Virus record (IMG/VR): IMGVR_UViG_3300037400_004242
Source of the DNA: a virus
Taxonomy: Duplodnaviria; Caudoviricetes
Strand: one strand, 5' to 3'
Length of the DNA: 64,000 bases
Within the stretch, counting starts at the first letter, position 1; each line of letters opens with the position of its first letter. Under the pieces are notes generated by a model that did not search any database, was not told the DNA's origin, and worked only from the letters and a program-made list of their open reading frames with translations. Below are positions 53,260-62,062 of this stretch, piece by piece. A program made the position numbers and the translations under genes.

Positions 53260-53305
53260 AATATTTTACAAAAATTACTAAATTTAAAATAAAATATAAA
53301 TATAA

Positions 53306-53338
53306 AAAGAGAGAATAAAATTTATTCTCTCTTTATTT
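53306..53338 (+). terminator. Hairpin/terminator
   Basis: aaagagagaataaa / tttattctctcttt. Confidence 0.6.
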
Positions 53339-53373
53339 CATTTTAAAGCGAAATATTTTCAGGAGGAAAACAT

Positions 53374-54603
53374 ATGAGTGTAATAGATAAAATAGTAAAA
53401 TATCGAATTCCGAAAAAAGGAAAATATAAATATGCATTTGATTCGTATAAAAAATCTCCTGAAGATAAATATGTTTTTATTAATCAAAGAGAATTGGTAA
53501 AAATTGTAACTGACGAAATTAAGTTTGATATAGAATGTATTTGTGATAAATGCGGGAAACATTTTACAAGAAGATTAGGATTACTAGAATTAGATAGAAT
53601 TTATTGTCAGATATGTATTACAAAAGATACGAATCAAAAACGTTATGGTGTTGATGTTCCGATTCAAAATAAAAAGATTTATGAAAAAATAAAAAATACA
53701 ATGATAGAAAGATATGGAGTAGATAATTCCATGAAATCTCCTGAAGTACGAAAGAAATCACAGGAAACATTAATGAAAAATTATGGTGTAGAACATCCAT
53801 CACAAAGTAAAGAAATTCAAGAGAGAACGAAAAAGACGTTTTTAAAAAAGTATGGCGTAGAATGTTCTTTACAGAATGAAAAAGTAAAAGAAAAAGCGAA
53901 GAAAACATTAATAGAAAAATATGGTGTAGATAATTCAATGAAAGCTCCTGAAGTTCAAGAAAAATTTCGGAAAACAATGCAAGAACGTTATGGAGTAAAT
54001 TATGTTTTTGAAAATGATACTTTATATGGAAAAGCAAAGCAAACCATGTTAGAAAAATATGGTTATGAATTTGCGATTAAGAATAAAGAAATTCAAGAAA
54101 AACAAAAGATAACATGTTTAAAACATTTTGGAGTAGAATATCCTGCACAAAGTAAAGAAGTATTGAAACGGCAAGAAGAAACAAATTTAAAAAAATATGG
54201 ATATAAGCATCCATTAGATTTAGCAAAAAATCGTGGATATATTAGTATTGAAAATATTCGATGTGCTTGTTCAAAACAACAAAAACATATTGCAGAATTA
54301 ATTCATGGAGAAATTAATGTTCCTGTTGGAAGATATATTTTAGATATTGTTGTAGATAATATAAATATTGAATATGATGGTGGTGGACATCGTTTAAATG
54401 TAAAATTTGGCGTATTAACAAACGAAGAATTTGATAAACAAGAAAATAAAAGAAATCAATGGATAATTCATAAAGGATATAAGGTAATTCGGATTATTTG
54501 TCCAAGGGATAAAATTCCTGAAGATGATATTATTTTAAAACAATTGAAAGAAGCTAGAGAAAAATTAAAAAAAGAAAATATAATATACATTACATGGGAT
54601 TAA
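53374..54603 (+). CDS. Free-standing homing endonuclease-like protein (KYG repeats plus Vsr/DUF559-like nuclease)
   Basis: CDKC..CQIC, about nine T..K/RYGV repeats, C-terminal YILDI...INIEYDGGGH...GYKVIRI. Confidence 0.75.
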   Translation: MSVIDKIVKYRIPKKGKYKYAFDSYKKSPEDKYVFINQRELVKIVTDEIKFDIECICDKCGKHFTRRLGLLELDRIYCQICITKDTNQKRYGVDVPIQNKKIYEKIKNTMIERYGVDNSMKSPEVRKKSQETLMKNYGVEHPSQSKEIQERTKKTFLKKYGVECSLQNEKVKEKAKKTLIEKYGVDNSMKAPEVQEKFRKTMQERYGVNYVFENDTLYGKAKQTMLEKYGYEFAIKNKEIQEKQKITCLKHFGVEYPAQSKEVLKRQEETNLKKYGYKHPLDLAKNRGYISIENIRCACSKQQKHIAELIHGEINVPVGRYILDIVVDNINIEYDGGGHRLNVKFGVLTNEEFDKQENKRNQWIIHKGYKVIRIICPRDKIPEDDIILKQLKEAREKLKKENIIYITWD

Positions 54604-54608
54604 TTTTT

Positions 54609-54640
54609 AAGCAGAATATATCATATGTTCTGCTTATTTT
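54609..54640 (+). terminator. Intrinsic terminator
   Basis: aagcagaatat / atgttctgctt plus T-tract. Confidence 0.65.
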
Positions 54641-54663
54641 TCGTATAAAGGAAAGTATGTTTT

Positions 54664-54679
54664 TTATTTATTTTTTAGA
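54664..54679 (+). promoter_or_regulatory. TTATTT-N6-TAGA candidate late promoter
   Basis: TTATTTATTTTTTAGA, identical to 5681 and 13618. Confidence 0.55.
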
Positions 54680-54705
54680 GTATAAATTTTGAAAAGGGGG
54701 AAATT

Positions 54706-57700
54706 TTGTTGGACAACTTTGAAAAATTCTCCAATTATGATAAACGTTCAAGTTATCAGCAAGTCCGTTTTGGACATGATAAGCCAATTCTAGAAACAGA
54801 ATTGAATGAAATACAACAATTACAGACAGATGCTAGATTAGATATTGTTAACAAACATGTATATAGTGGTTTTACAGAACTTGTTACAAAAGGATTTAAT
54901 GGAGAACCAATTGTTTATAATCCTTCATCGAATGGATTACTTTTAACAAACAAAATTGCAATTGCTCCATTTACTGCAAATATCATGGGATATACAGTTC
55001 ATGGAAGCGGAAATTTTACATATAACAAAATTGATAATTATATTTTAGTAGATTTAGGTGAAGTCGCGAAAAAAGCGATGTACGACAGCTTAGTATATCT
55101 TGAAGTTTGGTTCGAGATTGAAAAAGGTGAACAATCTGCTAAAAAATTCGGATATTCCATGGGTGATACGATTGGTACACCTGCAAAAGACAAACGTGTT
55201 GGTGATGAAACTTCTCGTAGACTTGCTTTATGTTGGAATATTTGTGTAAAGAATGAATGTGATTTTGATAATTATCCTGAAGGATTAGGATACAATGACA
55301 TTTTTCATTATTCTCATGTATTTGCAAAAGCAAATGGGCAGTTAGGAAATGATTCTAATGTAAATATAAGTTTCAGCGAAGCAACAAATGATATGTTCCG
55401 TGCTGAAAAATTCCATCATGATAAAAATTTGTATGTAGCAGGTAGACCAACATATGAAATTGATTCATCTACATTGTATGGAAAATATGTTTATGCATTA
55501 CCAATGTTTCGTATTCGTAGAAGAAACAAAGTACCATATGATATAACGAATTTTAATGGTTCTTCTTCTTATAATAAAATGGTAGTCAACAATGACACAT
55601 CAGAAAAAGGAGATTTGCTTGCAGGATTCAGGCCGGATAGATTGGCATATGATATGATTGATGTAAATGATGTTATGGATATTCGTAAATCTGTTTGCTA
55701 TGCGGATTATAATGAAAATAGTATGGCAGATGATACAATTCGTGCATTATTTAATAATCAATTAACAACACGTCAAACAAAAAAGATGCGTCGTATTCAA
55801 TTTGGTAATAAAGAAATTCCATTTGATAAAATTGATAATGCTACTTTTTCTGTTCCATTTAATAAAAGTGTAAAAGATAAAATTCCCGGTGGTTGTACAA
55901 CAGAAAACGCATTAGTAAGATATGAAGATTCCATTTGTGGAATGGGTGCAGTTTTTGAAAATAGCAATTATGTATTGTATGATATTAATAAATCAAGTGC
56001 AGAATTATTAAATCGTGATAAAGGTTCCATTGATTTTTACTTTAAGCCATTTTGGAATGGTTCTGATGAAGATATTGACCAAGAAATTATGTCTTTAGTA
56101 GATGGTGGGAAACATCCAATTTGGAAATTTGAGAAAAAAGGATTGAAATTAATCTTAACACATTATGATACTTTTAGTGCAGTAACTGTATCAGGAAAAA
56201 GCAATTTAGTACAAGAAACAAAATGTGAGATTAATTTGTCACAAGATTTAATAAAAGCAAATCAATATTACTACATTCGTATTTCATGGACAAACAAACC
56301 AATGCCTTTAAATGGTATGGCATATGTTTATATTAATAGTATCATGAAAGCACAAATGGAAATCCCAAAATGTAAACTGACGGCGCAGTATTTAAAAGTT
56401 GGTGGCGTAGCTAATTCAAATAAAGGATTCTTGATTAGCAATTTAATAGGTTATAAAAAGAATTTTGAATTGCTTATGATGGAAGGTTCCAAATATGGAT
56501 ATGCAAAAAATAAGTTCTGGCCTATGTTGCCAAAAGACTTTATGTATTCAGATACATTACTGATGCCTGGATTTAATGGAATTGTAAATAATTATGGTGA
56601 TGATTCTTTCACACAAGTACAAATGACATTGGAACTTGCTCCATATTCTACAACAGCAGGAAAAAGATTTAAATTTGAAGTTTCTTCTGATAAAAAAATT
56701 GTTAGTATAGATAAAGTATATAATTATGAAAATGATAAACTTTATATTTATCAAACAAATTACGATGTTATCATTGATGATGTTGCAACAAATAACCAAG
56801 CTGGTGAAATTATTCATTATGGTAGTGTTGCAGAAGTTGTATTCCAGAATACATATGCCGCAGTCAAGAAAATTGTTATAGAAGCTACGATTCAATTAAG
56901 TACAGGTTGTGGTGGTCAAGATATAGCAACAGAAGTATTAGGCGCAGCGATGATGAAATATGACGATGAAGATGATAACTATTATTATCCACTTCGTATG
57001 ACAGAAGAAGTTTCGTTTAATGCAAAAGGTGCTTATCCTAGACAGATACCTTGGTTAAAACCCAGGAAAGTTAATGGAGAAGAAGATAAAGCATATGATG
57101 TTTCTAATCAGTTGCGTTCACAGTATCAATGCTATGCGAGATTGATATATTATAATGTATCAGGTAATGGTACGGCAGAATATAAAATTCCAATAAATGT
57201 ATATGGATACAATGTTATTGGTGTTATTGGATGCAGTAGTATTGGCAAAATTAAAAATGTATATCGTACACCATCAGAAATTCCTGATGAACCTGAAAAT
57301 GAAATTACGGTTATGTTAGAGACACCATTACTTGTAGGTGAAACAATTACATTTGAATTAGCAACAAGTGGTTTCTCATTTGATTACGAATTAAATTCAA
57401 AGACATTGATGACAGATATGTATCAATGCAAGAATTTAGTGTTTTTAACAGATGGTAAAAATAGCAAATTTACAAAACCATGTATGTCAAATAGCGATGA
57501 ATATTTGCATGGTGGAATTTTGAAGTCTGTTATGACATTTATAGATTCTGATGGTAATAAACATTTTCAATGCTATGAAGACAGTATGATATTCTATAAT
57601 GAATATGGTGAAGTTATTGAAAATAAAAAACGTTTAAATGCTCGTGAGATTAAAGTTTCAGGATTTGGTACGCCATTTATTACGGTAGATTTAGGTAAGA

Positions 57701-58359
57701 TATATCCAATGGGAACGAGAATCGAAGTTCCAATTATGACAACATATCAGCCATTAAAATCTGATATTCTTTCTGTTTGGTATAATTATATTCCATATCA
57801 AGGAAACATGACAAATGCTCGTCAAACAGTAAAACGTATTACAGATTGGCATTATTTTATTACAACATTAGGTACAGGTAAAAATGATAAAGATGTAATT
57901 TATAGAAATGTTGTAAATAATTTGCCTGGTGGTTTAACTTATGGATATAAGATGGATAATAAAGATATTGTTGTAAAATATGCAAAAAATAATATGACAA
58001 ATACATTGAGCAACATTAATAAACAACTTGTATTTTTGAATAACTTTATGCTAGAATATAACAAAGATTTTAGTAATTTGGCTTCAGAATATAAAGTAAA
58101 GAAAAATTGTGCATGTTTCCAAGATGGAGAATTGAAATTCTTAAATGTAGATTTTAGTTTATATTTTGATGATTTGGTAAATCCAATTAATAAATATGTA
58201 GGTGCTTATTGTGTTGTTGTTACAGATACAGGAGAACTTATGGTTATGGTAATCGGTAATTTCGATGAAACAGCAACAGCAATTAATCATTTACATCCTA
58301 CATATGGAGATTTGTATCGCATTAAAGGCAGACCAACAACAGTACGTAATAGCGACTAA
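54706..58359 (+). CDS. Baseplate/fibre protein paralog 2 with LamG/concanavalin-like domain, putative receptor-binding component
   Basis: ELNEIQQLQ, VYLEVWFE, DETSRRL, VYALPMFRIRRRN, RPD; KGSIDFYFKP.W...YYIRISW...YVYIN. Confidence 0.6.
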   Translation: MLDNFEKFSNYDKRSSYQQVRFGHDKPILETELNEIQQLQTDARLDIVNKHVYSGFTELVTKGFNGEPIVYNPSSNGLLLTNKIAIAPFTANIMGYTVHGSGNFTYNKIDNYILVDLGEVAKKAMYDSLVYLEVWFEIEKGEQSAKKFGYSMGDTIGTPAKDKRVGDETSRRLALCWNICVKNECDFDNYPEGLGYNDIFHYSHVFAKANGQLGNDSNVNISFSEATNDMFRAEKFHHDKNLYVAGRPTYEIDSSTLYGKYVYALPMFRIRRRNKVPYDITNFNGSSSYNKMVVNNDTSEKGDLLAGFRPDRLAYDMIDVNDVMDIRKSVCYADYNENSMADDTIRALFNNQLTTRQTKKMRRIQFGNKEIPFDKIDNATFSVPFNKSVKDKIPGGCTTENALVRYEDSICGMGAVFENSNYVLYDINKSSAELLNRDKGSIDFYFKPFWNGSDEDIDQEIMSLVDGGKHPIWKFEKKGLKLILTHYDTFSAVTVSGKSNLVQETKCEINLSQDLIKANQYYYIRISWTNKPMPLNGMAYVYINSIMKAQMEIPKCKLTAQYLKVGGVANSNKGFLISNLIGYKKNFELLMMEGSKYGYAKNKFWPMLPKDFMYSDTLLMPGFNGIVNNYGDDSFTQVQMTLELAPYSTTAGKRFKFEVSSDKKIVSIDKVYNYENDKLYIYQTNYDVIIDDVATNNQAGEIIHYGSVAEVVFQNTYAAVKKIVIEATIQLSTGCGGQDIATEVLGAAMMKYDDEDDNYYYPLRMTEEVSFNAKGAYPRQIPWLKPRKVNGEEDKAYDVSNQLRSQYQCYARLIYYNVSGNGTAEYKIPINVYGYNVIGVIGCSSIGKIKNVYRTPSEIPDEPENEITVMLETPLLVGETITFELATSGFSFDYELNSKTLMTDMYQCKNLVFLTDGKNSKFTKPCMSNSDEYLHGGILKSVMTFIDSDGNKHFQCYEDSMIFYNEYGEVIENKKRLNAREIKVSGFGTPFITVDLGKIYPMGTRIEVPIMTTYQPLKSDILSVWYNYIPYQGNMTNARQTVKRITDWHYFITTLGTGKNDKDVIYRNVVNNLPGGLTYGYKMDNKDIVVKYAKNNMTNTLSNINKQLVFLNNFMLEYNKDFSNLASEYKVKKNCACFQDGELKFLNVDFSLYFDDLVNPINKYVGAYCVVVTDTGELMVMVIGNFDETATAINHLHPTYGDLYRIKGRPTTVRNSD

Positions 58360-58366
58360 AAAACTG

Positions 58367-58396
58367 TTGACAAAACAACATGATATAAGATATAAT
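58367..58396 (+). promoter_or_regulatory. Consensus sigma-A/sigma-70 promoter
   Basis: TTGACA (58367) - 18 bp - TATAAT (58391); overlaps hairpin 58392-58425 that can terminate the late operon. Confidence 0.75.
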
Positions 58397-58430
58397 AGGT
58401 GTAAAGATTATTTTGCACCTATTATTTTTA

Positions 58431-58749
58431 GGACTAATCGTTAAGTACCCAAAAACATACGCAAGTGTGTTTAAACATACTTAAAAGTGGACACCAAGTC
58501 TTTTAAGCACGGCTAAACGATTGGTTTCAAGCCCAAGTGACTACGGGTGAGGAAACTTGCTTCGTAGGATGAACTAAGTCAGGTAGCAAGGCAAAAACGC
58601 ACCTTCGGATGTACCTTCAGTCTGTCGCTCTGTGAAAGCCAACCAAGAAACACGGCTAATGTCCTGCCGTGATAACAGGGAAACTCATGTCCTCTACCCG
58701 ACCTCGGCAAGAAGGAAAATTCCCGTCTTTGACGGTGTTGGCAGAGATG
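58431..58749 (+). ncRNA. IscB omega-RNA (HEARO-like) without iscB
   Basis: GTTTCAAGCCCAAGTGAC, ATGAACTAAGTCAG, CACCTTCGGATGTACCTTCAGTC, GCTCTGTG, GCCAACCAAGAAAC, GATAACAGGGAAAC, CGGCAAGAAGG; intact stems with GCAA and GAAA loops; GC-rich relative to genome. Confidence 0.8.
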
Positions 58750-58751
58750 CC

Positions 58752-58795
58752 CGTGGAATACCGCCCCTATTTGGGGCGGTATTCCATGTATTTGT
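58752..58795 (+). terminator. 16-bp GC-rich hairpin closing the omega-RNA (terminator or IS subterminal palindrome)
   Basis: cgtggaataccgcccc-tattt-ggggcggtattccatg. Confidence 0.65.
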
Positions 58796-58863
58796 TAGTT
58801 AAAATGTGCTTTAGATGCACTTTTAAGTATATTTGTCTATGTTTTTAGAAGGAGGAATAGCAA

Positions 58864-59121
58864 ATGGCATTTGCAGATAATAATAACTCTCTTTATGATG
58901 TTGTTATGAAACAGAGCGATACAAAAGAAACAAAATTTTCGTTGTTGGAGAATAAAAAAAGTGGAGCACTTCGTGCAAGTATTCGTGATTTTACACATAC
59001 AGAATCATATGATGGTCCAACGCGAAATGGCATGATGTTTCAATTGAATACAATTGCGGATGTAGAGAAATATCAGAAAACCTTTAATGAATTTTTTGAT
59101 AAAATTAAAGAATTTTTCTGA
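58864..59121 (+). CDS. PC4/YdbC-like single-stranded DNA-binding protein
   Basis: ASIRDF...GPTRNGMMF motif; 85 aa; GGAGG RBS. Confidence 0.6.
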   Translation: MAFADNNNSLYDVVMKQSDTKETKFSLLENKKSGALRASIRDFTHTESYDGPTRNGMMFQLNTIADVEKYQKTFNEFFDKIKEFF

Positions 59122-59128
59122 AAAAAAG

Positions 59129-59160
59129 AAGGTCAAAGATATAAGTCTTTGACCTTTTGT
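59129..59160 (+). terminator. Intrinsic terminator
   Basis: aaggtcaaaga / tctttgacctt. Confidence 0.7.
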
Positions 59161-59184
59161 GTTCATAAGGAGGATTATTTGTAA

Positions 59185-59562
59185 ATGCCTAGGCGTAAGT
59201 TAACAGAAGCAGAAAAAATAGAAAAAGATAAAAAATTAGTTTATCAAAAATTAATAAATAATGAATTGGTATCTATTAAAGATTTGGCAAAGTTGTTACA
59301 AAAACGTTCATGCACTATTCGGAAATGGGAAGAGAAGGGAATTGTACAAAAACCTGCAAAGATTGACCCAATTCGCATGTATACTTATGATGAACTTGCA
59401 AAATTTTTACATGATTTAATTAATCATGAATGGAAATATAAGACAATAGATATGGATGAAATAAAGTCTATTTTAAAATATTTGGATTCTTTAGTAGAAG
59501 TAAATCATGTAAAGCGACGTGTGATAAAAAAAGACCCATATTCATTTGATGGGATATATTAA
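59185..59562 (+). CDS. MerR-type helix-turn-helix protein
   Basis: SIKDLAKLL...TIRKWEEKGIV..P....RMYT. Confidence 0.75.
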   Translation: MPRRKLTEAEKIEKDKKLVYQKLINNELVSIKDLAKLLQKRSCTIRKWEEKGIVQKPAKIDPIRMYTYDELAKFLHDLINHEWKYKTIDMDEIKSILKYLDSLVEVNHVKRRVIKKDPYSFDGIY

Positions 59563-59580
59563 AAGGAGAAACAAAGAGAA

Positions 59581-62037
59581 ATGGTGCAATTAGATTTAGA
59601 TAATGTATATTTAAAAATTACAGGATTAGAAAAAGATGAAGAAATGAAATTATGGAATCTTCTTTCTTTTCCTGTACAAGTTTTCGGTATGCAAGAAGTT
59701 CGTTATCGACATTTATATAATCGTAAAACAAAGAAAACATACGCTGGTTTACTAGAGTATGTGGAAGGACATCTGAAAGATAGGAACATTAAATATATAT
59801 TAAAGGATAATCGTATAAAGCCGCAACAAAATGCTAATTTCAAATTAGTGGATTATATTGATAATGAAAAGAAAATTCCATTGAAACTTAGACCATATCA
59901 GCAAGATATAGTAGATAAGTGTAGAGAACGAGAAGTAATACAAGCAGCTACTGGAGCAGGAAAAGCATTACCATTAGATACAGATATTCTTACTCCAAAC
60001 GGATTTGTTAAAATGCGTGATATTCATGTTGGTTCTGTTGTTTATGATGAAAATGGAGAAAAAACAAGTGTAATTGCAGAATTTCCACAAAACGAATTGA
60101 AACAAGAATATAAAATTACATTTAATGATGGTAGTTATGTGATTTGTTGTAAGGAACATCTATGGAAATATGATGTTAAAACCAATCTCAAACATCATAG
60201 ATGGAAAGTGAATAATATTGTTGATATTATTAACAAATATGGATTAAAAAAGAGTAGGTCATTAAATATATATATTCCTGTATGTAAACCAATTCAATTT
60301 GATAAAAAAGAATTGCTTATTCCACCATATTTAATGGGTGCATTACTTGGTGATGGGGGTTTTACACAGAATACAATTTCTTTTACTAATGTTGAAAAAG
60401 ATATTATTGATAAAGTCAATTTATTGGTTTCAACATGGGGTGTTTTTAAACATAAGAAAAATAAAAGCCATCCACAACTACATTTTGTTGGTGGTGAAAA
60501 TAATTTATTTAAAAAATATATAGAAAATACGTTTCACCATGCAAATTCAAAAACAAAATTTATTCCAAATGAATATAAAATGAGTTCTATCGAAGATAGA
60601 TTAGAATTAATTCGTGGATTAATTGATACTGATGGTTCCATAAATGAAAAGGGACATATAAAAATTGGCTTTGTTAGTGAACAATTAGCAAAAGATTTGC
60701 AATTTGTTCTTCAAAGTCTAGGCTATCGTTCTAAAATGACGATTGACAAAAGAAAAGGAAGAAATGATACGTATAATTTATATATACGTGGTTGTGATGA
60801 TAAATTATTTTCTTCAATAAAGCATAAAGAAAGATTTAAACATCATAAAGTAGCAAAAAATCATTACTACGACATTTTAAAAATTGTTTCAGTAGAACCA
60901 TTAGATAAAAAATCAGAAATGAAATGTATTACAGTTGATAGTCCTTTACATACATATATTTGTAAAGACTTTATTGTAACACACAATACATTGATGATGG
61001 CAGGATGTATTGCCAAATTTAATGTAAAACCTGTTTGCATTTTTGCAGATAAAATAGGATTATGTCAACAATTGAAACAAGAAATGGAAAAATTTCTTGG
61101 TGTTGAAGTTGGTTTGGTCGGTGATGGTCATGAAGACTATAAAGATATTACAGTTATTTCTGTACAATCTGCCGATGAAAAGTATATCCAAAAAGCACAA
61201 ATGTGTTTGTGGGACGAATGTCACCATGTGCCAGCTCATACAATAGTTTCTATAGCGAACAAATGCACACAGGCATATTACAGGGTTGGCGTTTCTGCAA
61301 CACCTTGGCGTGATGCAGGTGATGACTTGCTTATTGAAGCAGTTTTAAATAAAAAGAAAGATGCTATTATTTCTGCATCAAAATTAATTGAATTAGGATA
61401 TTTAATTAAACCAGATATTTATTTTGTACCAATTAAACAAGTTTTTAAAGGAAAAAATTATCAAGATATTTATAAAAAAGCAATTGTAGAAAATATAGAT
61501 AGAAATAAAATTGTTTGCAAAATAGCTTATAATATGTTTATTCGTAATAAACATGTGTTAATTCTTTATAAAAATATTGCGCATGGAGAAACTTTACGTG
61601 ATATGATGGAAAAAAGATTAAATGCAAAGGCAACGCCAATTACTGTTAACCATCCAGTTACAGGAAAAGAACAAACAATTCGTGTAAAACCTGTAGAATT
61701 ACTTTCAGGAAATGATGATACGTTAAAACGTGTCGCAGTTTTTGAAGCAGTTAAGAGAGGAATTTGCCGTTGTTTAATTGCATCAACAATTGCTGATGAA
61801 GGATTAGATTTGCCTATCTTAGATACTTTAATTCTTGCTGGTGGTGGTAAATCTTCAACGAGAGCTTTTCAACGTGTCGGACGTGTATTAAGGCTTCATG
61901 AAGGTAAAACAAAAGCGATTGTTTTTGATTTTACAGATTATACGCCTATGTTACGTAGACATTCAAGAAATAGACAAAAATATTATGAACAGGAACCTAT
62001 GTGGGATATTCATAAATTTAATGTGAATCCAGATTAA
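59581..62037 (+). CDS. Superfamily 2 (UvsW-like) DNA helicase with intein
   Basis: LRPYQ, ATGAGK/T, DECHH, SATP, EGLDLP, QRVGRVLR. Confidence 0.9.
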   Translation: MVQLDLDNVYLKITGLEKDEEMKLWNLLSFPVQVFGMQEVRYRHLYNRKTKKTYAGLLEYVEGHLKDRNIKYILKDNRIKPQQNANFKLVDYIDNEKKIPLKLRPYQQDIVDKCREREVIQAATGAGKALPLDTDILTPNGFVKMRDIHVGSVVYDENGEKTSVIAEFPQNELKQEYKITFNDGSYVICCKEHLWKYDVKTNLKHHRWKVNNIVDIINKYGLKKSRSLNIYIPVCKPIQFDKKELLIPPYLMGALLGDGGFTQNTISFTNVEKDIIDKVNLLVSTWGVFKHKKNKSHPQLHFVGGENNLFKKYIENTFHHANSKTKFIPNEYKMSSIEDRLELIRGLIDTDGSINEKGHIKIGFVSEQLAKDLQFVLQSLGYRSKMTIDKRKGRNDTYNLYIRGCDDKLFSSIKHKERFKHHKVAKNHYYDILKIVSVEPLDKKSEMKCITVDSPLHTYICKDFIVTHNTLMMAGCIAKFNVKPVCIFADKIGLCQQLKQEMEKFLGVEVGLVGDGHEDYKDITVISVQSADEKYIQKAQMCLWDECHHVPAHTIVSIANKCTQAYYRVGVSATPWRDAGDDLLIEAVLNKKKDAIISASKLIELGYLIKPDIYFVPIKQVFKGKNYQDIYKKAIVENIDRNKIVCKIAYNMFIRNKHVLILYKNIAHGETLRDMMEKRLNAKATPITVNHPVTGKEQTIRVKPVELLSGNDDTLKRVAVFEAVKRGICRCLIASTIADEGLDLPILDTLILAGGGKSSTRAFQRVGRVLRLHEGKTKAIVFDFTDYTPMLRRHSRNRQKYYEQEPMWDIHKFNVNPD
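59965..60987 (+). mobile_element. Class 3 intein (341 aa) with LAGLIDADG endonuclease, inserted in Walker A
   Basis: Starts ALPLDT, ends VTHN followed by T; EHLW, MKCITV, VTHN give the W-C-T triplet; MGALLGDGG and IRGLIDTDG motifs. Confidence 0.9.
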
Positions 62038-62062
62038 AAATTGCATATACTAAAGATGGGAT

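Noticed and set aside
46512-58359. Diversity-generating retroelement or invertible fibre cassette
   Set aside because: No reverse transcriptase, recombinase, template/variable repeat pair or inverted gene segments seen
58747-58848. Short ORF MPVEYRPYLGRYS... after the omega-RNA as an IscB
   Set aside because: Only 33 codons, runs through a hairpin and has no PLMP, RuvC or HNH motifs
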